From positions 53,444,001 to 53,508,000 of the forward strand of contig NC_042999.1 in assembly GCF_006345805.1 (NCBI RefSeq): a DNA stretch of 64,000 bases, read 5' to 3'. Shown here in pieces: positions 1-14,049 of this stretch. The notes below the pieces were generated by a model. That model worked only from the letters and a program-made list of their open reading frames with translations. It was not told the DNA's origin and searched no databases. Made by a program: the position numbers and the translations under genes. Each line of letters starts with the position of its first letter. Position 1 is the stretch's first letter. The stretch is from Octopus sinensis. Lineage: Eukaryota.

Positions 1-1037
1 TTCAATCTCTTTGGATGGAGGCACGGATGGATTTCACAATTCAATCTTCATGTTGGGCATCGCAAGAGGGACTTTATCTAGATGGTTGCGAGATTTACAA
101 CGACTCTCTGTAGATAGCGTTGTAGATGGGGGACTGTACGTTTGTGGTGTAGAGATCGATAAGGGAAACATTAAATATTCAGTACCATGACATTGAGCAC
201 TTTGCTGAAGAATAATTCACAGAAGGCGAAATGGGACTCCATCATAGGGTAGCATTTCTTAATAATCGGTAGGATATTGTAAACGAGTAAATGTCTTAAA
301 TAAAATAATAGGTGGAATCTAATAAAACTCAGAACCAAATTAAAGAAGTAACTAAATACAACAAACTCTGAATAAATTAACTAATTTATGCAATGGCCAC
401 AACAAAAAAGTGAATATTTCTTTAAAACGCCTCGTCTACAGATAGATAAAAGGAAGAAATCACTAAACATTAGAAATAACGATAGTAAATTGATAGTTTC
501 TTTCATTCTTTAGATCGAGAATAAATAGAAAATGAACGATCTTATTCTTGGAAATGTTCGTAATCCCAGACTTACAAATACTTTAAAATTAATGAAGCAG
601 ACAGAATTTCATTCTGACAAAGGGGAATACGAAATCAAAGGCCAGTCAAATCGTGAGATTCTTCCTAATTCGCAAATAAACTTTCGCGCTAAATCGTCAA
701 TAAGTCTTTGAACAAAATAATGTACAGAAGCGAAAACCATTTTAACAAGTGAGTGTGAGAGAGAAATAAAGAATACAGTTTTAGTCGGAAGTGCACTTGG
801 AGATTTTAAAGAAGAATGTACAATGGAGCAACAGCAGACGCAAATAAGATTTTTAAAAACAAGATCTACTTCAAAAAATATGATAGGAAGAAATAACGAC
901 GGTTGCAATCGTGATATTACAAATTACGAACTTGAGAACCTAAGAAACTGAGAAAGTTCAGACATTACGTTAAAATATGTTTAAAATATTCAAAAATATT
1001 AAACATTGTTCTGAGAGTGTTAGAGGTAAAATATCTG

Positions 1038-1263
1038 TTTATTGCCCTCAAGGGGCTAAACATAGAGGGGACAAACAAGGACAGACAAACGAATTAAGTC
1101 GATTACATTGACCCCAGTGCGTAACTGGTACTTAATTTATCGACCCCGAAAGGATGAAAGGCAAAGTCGACCTCGGCGGAATTTGAACTCAGAACGTAAC
1201 GGCAGGCGACATACCGCTAAGAATTTGGCCCGGCGTGCTAACGATTCTGCCAGCTCGCCACCT
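1038..1263 (-). mobile_element. tRNA-derived SINE, family A
   Basis: Reverse complement reads GGCGAGCTGGCAGAATCGTTAGCACGCCGG...GTTCAAATTCCGCCGAGGTCGACTTTGCCTTTCATCCTTTCGGGGTCGATAAA, with a B-box-like GTTCAAATTCC; more than 10 related copies in the window. Confidence 0.85.
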
Positions 1264-3567
1264 TCGAGTGTCAGAGCTAAAATATCACCGACATTACCAC
1301 GAATTGAAAGGGATCTTAATTTTCAAGAATATTTATCAACAATTTGTAAAATTAAAGGTCTATTACATACATAAGTATTCCTGGCTTATGTATTATCACC
1401 AGAATTATGAGGCTTATCAGAAAAGGTGAAATGTCGCAGTAAAGAATCACATATTGAGGAAGAAGGGCGAAAAGAAGAAAAAGAGGAAAAAGAAAGAAAA
1501 AAAGAGGAAAACGAAGAGGGGAAGCTGACAACATGGGTTTTAATTATGTTTGTTTAACACAAGAAATTTTGAAACATTATCCCAGTGTAAGACATTTCTA
1601 ATTAAGTTATAGCTAATTAAATCGTCACTAATTAAACAGGTGTCAAATGTGAAGCTTTTTGAATAAAAATTAATCACAAGGAAAACATTTAACCTCAAAA
1701 TAAATTCCATTTACAGAAAATATAATTTTCCCTTTATTCCCGTTCGCTTATGTAGAGTATCTGGAGTTAACTTCTTTAACCAATATGCTGAACCAGATTC
1801 TGTTCGGATCTGAATGTTATTGGATGGCAATTAAGAAGCTCTCTATAACTGACATCTAATTGTATGTGGCAGATGATAAACATATGGGGAATCCGTTAAA
1901 TTTATTTCCCCTATGGTGCAGAAAAATTAATATGAAATTCCGTTTGTAAAACTTTGCTAGGACAACGTCGAACAGCAGAAAATTAATAAAATGACAGTTG
2001 TATCCTGTTAGGTAAAATGACAGAGATATAAAAATTAGAGCGAAGAGAAACTGATAAATATAAGGAATTAATGAACGAGAATGATTGAAAGAGAGACAAT
2101 GAAAGAGAGGTTAAGGAAGAACAATACTGACGCCTGTAATTCATACATAAAGCAGCGAAACGGCAAACATTAGTTATTAGATGTCAATATTCTGATGGCT
2201 TAAGTAATGACTTATCGTTGTAATTTCTCAGCTGAGAGTTAATTACCAGGACCAGACAGAAAATATAAATGAGAAAAATAATATGAAAATAGTATCTCGA
2301 TACGTCATATAAAGGATGAAATATTATATTGACGACTTATACAGACTTATACAGAGGATTGTTTTTCTGTGAAACTAGAAAACAATAAGTGACCAATAAC
2401 AACAAAATGTGAACAAAAACAAAACTAATTTGTGGTTTTAGGCAGTTCAAAATGATTGTAACATACTGAACTAAAAAAAATATTCCCATAGCAACGTGTA
2501 GAATTTGTATAAGAAATGTTGAAAAATACTCAATGAAAAAATTAGTAGTAAAATAAATTAGAAGTAAAATAAATCACAGCCAAAAGTAGAATACTAATGA
2601 TTGGAATCTGGGACCAGAAGATTCTTGACGACCGTACACCTTCTTCGGGAAACGTTGTAAATGTTATTCAGAAAATAGTGTGTTAGATGTGAAAAAGCAA
2701 TGACACATGTTAATCGTGGTTAAGTCTTGTAAAAGGTGGGTGGTAATGAAGAAGCAATGAAACCCGTTCGTTATTGGTGAGACTTGTATGGTAGTGGAGA
2801 GACGTGTGAGTTCAACTCTAATGAGTACCATGAAAAGTCTGAACACATTTCGATAGTGGCCAGTAGGGTGAAGACGTACTGGAGTCAGGTGAATGGCATT
2901 TCAAGGGTTCTCATGATCACTGTTTTATATAGAAGAAGCCGAGAATGATTGTTTCAGAAAACAATCATTAATTGATTTAGTTAAGATAATGATGATAAAG
3001 TTATTATGATGTAATGAGTTTGGATAATTAAGACATGCAATAATATAATAAAAGAAGTACAATTTAAATGACATTTCCCTCGATATATAGGTGCTCTATT
3101 AAATTCAGTTACTAACCGTTATTCATGTGATATACGCGAACATTATATATATACACACATGTATATGGATGGATGTTTGCATATGTGTTCGTCTTCTTGT
3201 ATGTATGTATGTATGTATTCATAAACGAGACAGTGGGTAGGCGTGCGTCCATCTTTATGTTTTGCATATGTCTAAGTATCATGTCCACTGGTTTCAAAGT
3301 AGGACAGCTTCTGTTCTGATGACGGCTATTGAAGCATAAAGTTCACATTCGTCACCTTGTTTTCAAATAATCAGATTGACTTTTCATTACTGCCATGGCA
3401 ATTTCAGAGAATCGTTAATATTATCTTCCATTCTTATTTATATTGGTCTTTTTCTGTCGTGGGTCTTTACTCTCTTTCATTCTTTTTGCTTAAGAATTTC
3501 TACAGCAATAGAAGTTGCACAGCATATTAGGTCATTTTCATTTGCTCTTATAATTATTATTATTGAG

Positions 3568-4110
3568 TGACAGAGCAGTGTATGCCAATCAAAATGACAC
3601 TGGGGTACAAATATACGATGTCCATTATACCCATCATGACTACCCGTCTGATAAGGGTACAACAGGAACATGCACCACAACCATATGTGCACGACATGGA
3701 GATCTCATATCAAGATAATTAGCGCATGACCTTACAGGTGGGGACCAGTTAGAATCTTCAGGTCGAGTAGCCCATCCCACTCAAAAGGTCCCTGAATAAG
3801 GTTTAAGGATGTTGAACTAAACACCCATATTACCAGAAGTGGATAATTCCGACACCAAAGAATTTCTCTCAAAATATGGCTATGATACTCACCCACTAAT
3901 TCTGCTCGTGATTAGAGAATGCACATATCGTCAGCCACCAAGGGACATGCTCAACTGGCTATAGTCAAACAGTTAAGCATATATGTGGCATTGAGCAGAA
4001 TATTTCCTGTAACAAATCGTTTATACCGACACAAAACATGTACATGATAACACTTCCAATCGGTTAAGATCAAAAACCATGAGAACCAATGCCTGGCATT
4101 GCATCAAGCC
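3568..4110. mobile_element. Interspersed repeat (SINE-like or non-autonomous retroelement)
   Basis: Higher-GC block between (ATT)n-rich flanks; its end (CCTGGCATTGCATCAAGCC) recurs as CTGGTAGTGCATCAGGGC at about 22571. Confidence 0.45.
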
Positions 4111-4147
4111 ATATATTGTTCTTCTTCTTCTTATTATTATTATTATT

Positions 4148-4470
4148 AAGGTGACGAGCTGACAAAATCGTAAGAACCCTTTCTTCCGGATTTACGTCGA
4201 TGGAATAAGTACGATTTAGGCTCTGGGAGCGATGTAATCGAGATTCTCACTCTCAACTTTTCAGGCATTGTACCTTTAATCATAAGAATTATTATCACTA
4301 TTAAGGTGGCGTGTTTGCGGAATCGTTAGCGCATTAAATAAAATCTTTGGGGTAGGGTATATCGTCTGCCTTTTACTCTGAGTTCAAAACACCCTGATTT
4401 CAACTGTGCCTTTCAAATTTTTGATTCCATAAACGATTGACCAGTCAAGAATTGGATCAATGGTATCGAC
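4148..4470 (+). mobile_element. Two degenerate SINE family A copies
   Basis: AAGGTGACGAGCTGACAAAATCGTAAG and AAGGTGGCGTG...GAATCGTTAGC...CTGAGTTCAAAA heads. Confidence 0.55.
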
Positions 4471-5926
4471 TAACACCCACTCACGTCAATAATTCTCTCT
4501 CTTTTCTTTAGTTTTTTGTAAAGCGAGATAATCGGGAATGGATGATCAGGATTTCGTCGTTCTCAGTGCAATTATCAATCTGGTGCACATTACTACTGAT
4601 TCGACCGATGTTAAACGGTAAAATGGTTACAAATAACAACCAGGGAAAAATAGGGGGAAGGGAAAATGTCCGGAAAAAACTCCTCCCATCACAGGAACAT
4701 ATGTGGAGGGTTAGGTAATGCAAGCAATCTCTTGCTTGATAATACATGTGAATACGGTGAAATCAATGTTTCGTAGGGTTTTGTGAAGCCTCACCCTTCA
4801 TAGCAAAGAAAAACAATAACAAAATAATGATAATGAAGACAAAGATAATGATGAGGATGATGATGATGATAAAAACAACAGATAAAGACAAAAAAAAACA
4901 GAGACAAACGCAAGAATTACATTGTCTTTCTTATTCAAGGACGTGTTCGTCCGCATCCTGTTTATTAATTAATTCTCTGTCTGTCTCCATTAATTAACTT
5001 TATGTCTGTATTGGTTCGTTCCACGATGAAAAGCATTTCATTCGTGACCGTGAATGGCATTTTATCTCAGATGGTCTTACAAGGATCACATTATACGAAA
5101 AGAAAGATTTATTTCAGTGAAGTTTTTTGCTCTTCATTTTATTTATCATGGCTCGTAAGGTCTCCGCACGTTCGATTCTCTAGGCAGAATAACATGCTAC
5201 GTCCTTCCTTCTAGGACATTTTCATCAAGTGAAAACAGATTGTTTACATGGTTTTGAACCCAGAACTTTGAGACCTGATTGACGTCATATCTTCAACGTA
5301 TTGGCTATCAACCTAAAAATATATTCCCAAACATTATACCTTACATACACGAAAACTTCTATCACATTGTCGGTGGTAAGATACAATTAATTTTACCAAA
5401 CACTTATTGTCAACGCATATATTAATATACAATGTTTCGTGCGTGTTTAATTAATGTAGCCGCTACATATGCCTGCTTTTCAGTTAATACTCTTGTATTT
5501 TCTAAATTTATCTCAGCTCTTGAAAATGAAATTTTCTCCAAAGTCAAACTAATTAAGTATGTATATATTTAATTAAAAGAATGAATATCGAAGATGTACA
5601 TATGAAATAATTGTTAAAAGGAAACAAAAAGGAAATTAGGTATCTCAATAATTTGGAATAGGTGAAACGCAGAAAACGAAGCAGTGAAACACATTAAAAT
5701 AAACTTTGTGTACTTTAGAGAGAAAAAAACATTTTGAGAGGCTTCTAAACGAAAATAGTAACTCTTCCTGGCGGTTAAATGAATTGAAGAGAAATAGAAT
5801 TGTTCTTACTACACACTGAAATTATTATCTTATAACTATTCTTCAATGATGAAAACAAATCTAAAATTTTAAGTAAATACCAATGAACAACTTAAATATA
5901 CCACGATCATAAAAGATGAACATATT

Positions 5927-6325
5927 TATTTCTTTATTGCTCACAGGGGGCTAAATAGAGAGAACAAAGGGATTAAGTGGATTATATTAACCCCAGTGCG
6001 TAACTCGTACTTATTTAATCGGCCTCGAAAGGATGAAAGGAAAAGTCGACCTCGGAGGAATTTGAACTCAGACCGTAATGGCAGACGAAATAACTATTTC
6101 TTTACTACACATAAGGGGCTAAATACTGAGGAGACAAACAAGGGCAGACAAACGGATTAAGTCGATTACATCGACCCCAGTGCGTAACTGGTATTTATTT
6201 AATCGATCCCGAAAGTATGAAAGGCAAAGTCGACCTCGGCGGAATTTGAACTCAGAACGTAACGGCAGACGAAATACGGCTACGCATTTCGCCCGGCGTG
6301 CTAACGCTTCTGCCAGCTCGCCACC
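5927..6325 (-). mobile_element. SINE family A, dimeric (body duplicated)
   Basis: Two consecutive GAAAGG-CAAAGTCGACCTCGGCGGAATTTGAACTCAG bodies and one head. Confidence 0.85.
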
Positions 6326-7470
6326 CAAATAAGATGAACATATTAGACGTTATCAACCACATATCGGAGAAAAAACGCCCACCTCACATGAAAAACACTG
6401 AACATAGAAAAGTAAAGCAATGCACAGATATACTTAGAGCGTATCATTCTTACAGAAAGACAGGATCAGAATTGTCTACAGAAAATAAAGTAGATTCACA
6501 ATGGATTATATCTGACTGGGATCCCAAAATCTCCACAGCAAATCACAATAAACTACAACGAATAAGACACAGCACGTTTCCCATCACGTTTTACCCAGGC
6601 CACAGCCGTCATATTTATACCTATATAAATAAAGGGATAAATATTGAAGATGCAAAAATTAAATCAGTGCTAAAACAAAAGCGAAATTAAATATTTCAAT
6701 AATTCTAAATTAAGAGAAACGTTAAGAAAACGAAATGGAATATTGAACCACACAGAAATATATTACGCATTCGGTAGAGAGATTCTCAGAACGGTGTCTA
6801 AATAAATGGAATCTGTTCCTTATATTCATGAGAATATAATGCAAGTAACAATCATATGATTTCTAAAAAATGTTTGGAAAGACCCGAGTCAAAATATGTG
6901 CTGATGAAAGAGAAGATATCTTGTTTAAGCATTTAGAACGAACATAGAAATATAGATCTGTAGAGTGACATTGTTTAACCTACCGATATCTGGAAAACTT
7001 CTGTTGTGATTAGCTGTCGTCGTAATGGCTTAAAGAATAAAACATTCCCCGTTTCAGTGTCGAAATACAGTCAATAGATGAACGCTTCAGTAAGGGAAGA
7101 ATAATGGCGGTAATATCTAAAACTGGTAATCAGTGAAAAAAATGCAAGAGTGGAATCCGATCGGTGTTATCAGGTGTTTATATAAAACATTCACAACCAG
7201 TAGCTGCTCGGAAGAAAAACACGTCTCAAACATAAAAAAAGAGAATATTTTAGAAGATAACAAAAAATGGATTGCAACATGGCAGTAAATACTGGGACAG
7301 TCCATTATTGAAACGGAAAATCATAAAGGAATTTAGCAGGAAGAAGTAAATCATAAATACGGTTTATCTTGCAAATAGGTTTGCGAGAGATCCACAAACA
7401 TTGATTCTTTATGCAGCATCCATGAGTAAAATAGCGGCATAAATAACTTGTTATATTATTTATATTATAC

Positions 7471-7775
7471 AAGGCGGCGAATTGGCAGAAGCGTTAGCGC
7501 AGTGGGCGAAATGCTTAGTTCAAATTCCGCCGAGGTCGACTTTGCCTTTCATTCTTTCGGGTTCAATTAAATAAGTACCAGTTACATACAGTGTTTAGCC
7601 CCTTGTCGGTAGTAGAGAAATAGGTATTTCGCCCAACGCTATGTTCTTAGTTCAACTTACGCGGAGGTCGACTTTGCCTTACGGAGTCCATAAATTAATT
7701 ACCAGTGAAACACTGGGATCGATGTAATCGACTTAATCCCCTTCCTCAAGCTGCCCTTGTGGCAAAATTTTGAAA
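7471..7775 (+). mobile_element. SINE family A, dimeric with internal deletions
   Basis: AAGGCGGCGAATTGGCAGAAGCGTTAGC head, two GTCGACTTTGCCTT bodies. Confidence 0.8.
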
Positions 7776-7812
7776 TCATTATGTTATTCATATTATAAAC
7801 AGCTGGTTATAA

Positions 7813-8192
7813 TATCTTCTACTCTAGCCACAAGGCGTGACATTTTTTCTGGGGGGGGGGGAGCAGTCGGTTAGATCGATCCCCAGTACGCAACTGGTAC
7901 TTAATTTATCGACAACCCCAAAAGGATGAAAGGCAAATTGACCGCGGTGAAATTTGAACTCAGAACATAGCGGCAGACAAAATACCTATTTCTATACTAC
8001 CTACAAGGAGATAAACACAGAGGAGACAAACAAGGACAGACAATCGGATTAAGTCGATCATATCGACGTAAGTGCGTAACTGGTACTTATTTAATCGACC
8101 CCGAAAGAATGAAAGGCAAAGTGAACCTTGGCGGAATTTGAACTCAAAACATTAGCGCCCGGCGTGCTAACGTTTCTGCCAGCTCGCTGCTT
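7813..8192 (-). mobile_element. SINE family A, dimeric, with probable TSD
   Basis: Family A sequence flanked by ACAGCTGGTTATAATA / ACAACTGGTTATATTA. Confidence 0.8.
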
Positions 8193-9789
8193 TAACAACT
8201 GGTTATATTATAGATACTACACATAATCAGTTATATTATAGTTATCATAGGAAAATGGAGAGCAATCATATGAGAAGATAAGGTGTATTAAGGCATGAAA
8301 CATAGAATACAACATAGAGGAATACTGGAAAGGTATACCATTTTGTTTTATCTAATTTGAATTTAAAATCTGATTAAGCTAAACTTTCAATGAATACAAC
8401 AGACGAAAATATAATAAACCAGCAGTTATAAATGGAGGATGTGATATTCCATTTTAAGAGAACGACAGCAGAAGAGACAATGCAGGGAGAAGTTTTTTGT
8501 CGGATAATTTAGGAAATTATTGTTCAGTAGTTTATGTAAATGTGTAAAGGCTAATATAAAGCGAGGAGATATTAAAATACACAACGTGCATGGTCAGAAA
8601 AGAATGTAAAGCTTAATTAGGAAAATACTAAGATTAGAAAGACATTTGCATAAGATAAAAGGGAACCAAATGTATTACACACCTGTCGTATGACCTTAAT
8701 TAATAAACTAATGAGGAGTACCTGCATCACATTGATTGTGATTATGTGTGTGTGAAACACATTTACAGCTCACGTCTCAAGTCTTTAACATAACTATTTA
8801 GTATACTGTAAAGGAATACCTTTCCCAAAGAACGTTGCAATGAATTATGTCTTCAACGAAAAAAGAACTCCAATGAAACCTGCCAACCATGGCCATCCTT
8901 ATTTTTGTATACCTTTGGCTACTTCCTCCAATACCTGATTTCGCTTTCACAGGTGTTAGCATGTTTTTAGCGGTGGTGCCTGCTTTATGATGAGCTATGT
9001 TTCATTCGTGCCGGCCCCCGAAAACGATTGCCTTTGCCTGATGTTACTGATTAATTAAGCTTACTGCTTAATTAATCGCCAGTTGATCTAGATGTGAATT
9101 GAAACTGTGATTGCAGCTTCAACTCGTTTCCGAAATTTTAGCCTGTATTTCACGTAATAACTGTTTCTGATAACGAGGCGGAATGTGAGCGGGGAAATTG
9201 ACATCACATTGTGCTTCATTTTGTTGACAGCCGAAAAATTGAAGCAAAGCTGGATTTGAACTCAGAACGTAACGAATCGCAATCCACGTTCAAAGAATAC
9301 TTTAAACGTTTCTAACGATTCTGTTGATGTATCGCCCTTTTCTTTTTGCAAAATAATTTTTTTTTTTGTCTTTGATAGGAAAATGTTGCAAGTATAAAGG
9401 TCAAGTGTGAGTGTTGATTGATTGAGTGGTAATTATTATTCGTTTTCGTTGAAATAAAAGCAGCCGTCAATACAGGCAATGTTTAGAAGCTATAATACAA
9501 CAGGAGTTTATTATCAACAGATTTCATGATAAATATCTTGATACATTAGCAAAAGTAAATATTAAAAAATCCTGTCAGTAATTGGTAGAGGATTGACCTA
9601 GAGTCAATAGGCTTGACCAGTTATAAATGCGTCGAACCTGGAGAGAAAAATAGCGATTGATAGGTTAAATAATGACAGAGATAACAATTCAATTAATCCA
9701 GTACAAAGCGTTTTCTGATCATCCATTGCCATATAACTTGTTATAATATCTCATTACCATGGATCAAAGCTATAATATTATGGTGTTAG

Positions 9790-10185
9790 AAAGGCGAGTA
9801 GGGGGGTTGGCAGAAACGTTAGTACGCCGGGCGAAATGTTTAGCAACATTTCGTCTGTCATTACGTCCTGAGTTCAAATTCCGCCGAGGTCGACTTTGCT
9901 TTTCATCCTTTCGGGGCTGATTAAATAAGTACCAGTTACGCACTAGGGTCGATATAATCGACTTAATCCGTTTGTCTGTCCTTGTTTGTCCTCTCTTTGT
10001 TTAGCCCCTTGTGGGTAGTAAAGAAATAGGTATTTCGTCTGTTTTTACGTTCTGAGTTCAAATTCCGCCGAGGTCGACTTTCAACCTTTGAGAGACAATA
10101 AATTAAGTATCAGTTGCGTACTGGGGTCGATCTAATCCACTTCCCCCTCCCCCCAAATTTCGGGCATCGTGCCTAGAGTAGAAAA
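9790..10185 (+). mobile_element. SINE family A, dimeric, with TSD
   Basis: Family A sequence flanked by TAATATTATGGTGTTAGAA / TAATATTATGGTCTTAGAA. Confidence 0.85.
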
Positions 10186-10873
10186 TAATATTATGGTCTT
10201 AGAATCGGTGGTGGGATGTCCATGTAACTTAAATCAACTGAGCTGCTTGAAGTGAAGATGGCTTAGTATTCGGCAGAAATGTGTATCTTTAACATAAGCC
10301 TCAGCGAATATCAATGTAACATAAAGCCTGATTCATCCAACAGGCTTCCGTACAGTTTCCATTAACCTGTTTCCATTCACAAGTCTCGGTTAGTTCAGTG
10401 TCTAAGGTAATTGGTATCTACGCAGAATATTACAGAAGCGCATGATTGCAAATCTAACTTCATAAATATTCCGTTATGACTGCTTGATTATGGGAGATAT
10501 AATGTTCAGTTCAAGACAGTCACTTACTTTATCGACCCCACAAAAAGAAAACTATGTCCCCTCCCACGCTGTTTTTGAAATCTAAATATAATGGCATAAA
10601 TAAGTGCGGAATGCCATGGATTCATCATCATTAAAGACAAATTAGTTGCTGCAAGAAAGTAGACAGTCAATCTAGTGTGAAACATTATCAATCAGCTACC
10701 ATATCACAGCTATATTCTATCATGTGTGTCATGAGAACTTTACATCAAATACGAATTTTTGAAATGATAATTCAATTAATCTAAAGAAGTCTTACAGCCA
10801 CATAACACCGTAAAGTTTATGATTGTAAATGTCATATATTGAACGAGATGATACGGGCTTTCTTAAAAGCTAC

Positions 10874-11507
<634 letters not shown>

Positions 11508-11597
11508 ATCGGAGTAAATGTGACAAACTTTTCAACTAAATTAGAAAATTTCTATTTCTATATTTCACAAGGTGAGATATTCAGCAACAGTACTTTG

Positions 11598-12070
11598 TAG
11601 AAAAGATTGTTTGCCAACATAACATGGCAGTCCTGGTTTAGGACGAATGTTGCTGTAATTTAGGCCTTGTTCGAACATATAAGGACGCAGATAGTGTCGT
11701 ATATCTAACTGGAGACGATGTCTCCTAGGGAAAAAAATAGAGTAGTATGTTCTAATGTATAAATCAGTGACGATTTTGTCACGTTGAAGATTATATATTT
11801 CGAACGGGAATTTTGTAGCGCCATCTCTAGCCGAACAATTATTCTGTGCTGATGAAGGGAAATAACCCGGAAATCGCAATACACAGATATTGTTTTGACC
11901 TGAGTGGGGTCACTATATTCCCTTGTTCGAAAATATTAGGACACAGCTCGTGCCGTATAGCCAACTGGAGACGATGTCTCCTGGGGTTCAATTATATCAG
12001 CATTCATCCTAAACCAGGACTGCCATATTATGTTGGCAAACAATCTTTACTAAATATTCCAACTAACCTA
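11598..12070 (+). mobile_element. HHR-bearing non-autonomous element (retrozyme/Penelope-like), about 257-nt unit with 5' inverted piece
   Basis: Inverted repeat about 11598-11663 vs 11986-12050; direct repeat CCTTGTTCGAA...GGAGACGATGTCTCCT at 11664 and 11921; HHR between them; ends at (TA)n. Confidence 0.75.
11843..11887 (+). ncRNA. Type I hammerhead ribozyme
   Basis: UCUGUG-CUGAUGA-A GGG aaauaa CCC G-GAAA U cgca A UA-CACAGA; stem I extends via AACAAU/AUUGUU; predicted AUA cleavage after 11881. Confidence 0.8.
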
Positions 12071-12088
12071 ATATATATATATATATAA

Positions 12089-12387
12089 ATCACCGAGATG
12101 ACCGTGGCTATCAGAAGTTGCTACACATCGCTGGTCACAATGCGCTTCGCATTGTTTTACCCTTCAAATGACGCCACTGCTGGCTAAGCGAGCAGGTCAA
12201 CAGAAGAAACAGCAAGAGAAAGTAGTGGAGAAAGAGTACACCAGTAATCGCCACCCCACTGCCGGAGCTTCGTGAAGCTTCAGGTGTTTTCGCTCAATAA
12301 ACACTCACAACGCCCGGTCTGGGAATCGAAACCGCGAACCTACGACTACGAGTCTGCTGGCCTAACCACTGGACCATTGTGCCACCT
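12089..12387 (-). mobile_element. tRNA-Arg-like SINE, family B (tail type 1)
   Basis: Reverse complement head GCACAATGGTCCAGTGGTTAGG...GACTCGTAGTCGTAGGTTCGCGGTTTCGATTCCCAGACC; same family as 47068-47356. Confidence 0.85.
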
Positions 12388-12709
<322 letters not shown>

Positions 12710-12710
<1 letters not shown>

Positions 12711-12855
12711 TTTTTCTGTGTCCCGTTCTGTAGAAGAGCGTAGGCTCGAAACGTAAAATACCTTTTCAATTCCTTAGCGTTATACTAATACATCTGTTTG
12801 TTTTGCACACCACCTGTCTTCGTCTTTTGCTTTTTTTTCGTGAACTCTCCCCCTA
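12710..12855 (+). mobile_element. Short repeat with degenerate hammerhead-like motif, ending in (TA)n
   Basis: CUGUAGA-A-GAGC guag GCUC-GAAACGUA at 12728-12755; core has A6U and stem I is poor. Confidence 0.45.
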
Positions 12856-12964
12856 TATATATATATATATACATATGTATATGTGTGTGTGTTTGTGTGT
12901 GTGTGTGCTGTGTGTGTGTGTGTGTGTTTGTGTGCGTGTGTGCATGTATGTATATTTTATATAT

Positions 12965-13241
12965 ATGTTTTGCAAGATTTTTGATGCAAAATAGTGTGTT
13001 GAAACAGATATTGTTGTATTTAGGAATGGTCATTTTGTCAGTTTAGTAAAGAGAGACACACAAATAAGAAAGAAGAAAGCAAAGAACCACTGATGCAGTC
13101 ACAGGAGTGTGACGAAAGATCTCTGGTCGAAATAAGATTAAGATTAATGTAAAAAATAAATAACGCTGAAGCAAAGTAGCACTAAATATGTAGTGCGTTT
13201 TTTTTTAATTGGCTAAACTGGCAAAATGACCATTCCGAAAT

Positions 13242-13250
<9 letters not shown>
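12965..13250 (+). mobile_element. HHR-bearing element with inverted termini between microsatellites
   Basis: TATTGTTGTATTTAGGAATGGTCATTTTGTCAGTTTAG (about 13009-13046) is the inverted copy of 13213-13250; HHR-like motif inside. Confidence 0.7.
13086..13127 (+). ncRNA. Minimal type I hammerhead-like ribozyme (core variant)
   Basis: ACCA-CUGAUGC-A-GUCAC aggagu GUGAC-GAAA GAUC UC-UGGU; palindromic stem III AGAUCU; core CUGAUGC instead of CUGAUGA. Confidence 0.65.
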
Positions 13251-13306
<56 letters not shown>

Positions 13307-13328
13307 ATGTGTGTGTATGTATATATAT

Positions 13329-13386
<58 letters not shown>

Positions 13387-14049
13387 TTATCTATGTACAT
13401 GTATGTGTGTGTGTGTGTGTGTGTGTGCGTGTACGTCTATCACAAGCTTGAAGGCTTCCAGGCAGTTTTCTGATTAGTTTCGTTCAAGATACACATCTAT
13501 CTCAATAGTGTTTGTTTTGCAATTGATATTATTCTTGACTTTTTTTTTATATCCTTTTTTCATTATAGCAGACGTGATTACAATGATATCATTGCGAAAT
13601 ATTAGCTTACTGCATAACATATGCAGAATATGATATAGCGAATATATCATTTTACAATTAGGATGTAATTTTAACAGTCACACTTCCATATGGAAATATC
13701 TTTATTACCATATTTTGTAGAGTAATTAAGTGACCAGCCTGATACTAAAACACAGACCATGGCAAAATATCATTACAGACAGCAAAGATAAAGCATTAAT
13801 GATGTACAAAAGACATTGGTACGAAAACCGGAAAAATATACGGAAGGTTTTGTACCTATATACTGATTTACAACATATTTATATATTTGATAATATATAA
13901 TTCCTCAAAAGGATGAGAGACTTTCTAGGGCTGCTTGTGGGAAAATCATAGAACCATGATCACCTAGTTCAAATACACCAAGCGCCCCCTGCTCATCCTC
14001 TTTCTGCAATCTACAAGCACGTACTCAGAACAGGTCACCCCACCCAGAA

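Noticed and set aside
6330-7400. 130-aa ORF and purine-rich region as a host exon
   Set aside because: The ORF starts inside a SINE; WDPKIS..KLQ looks like old LINE debris; no splice or homology support
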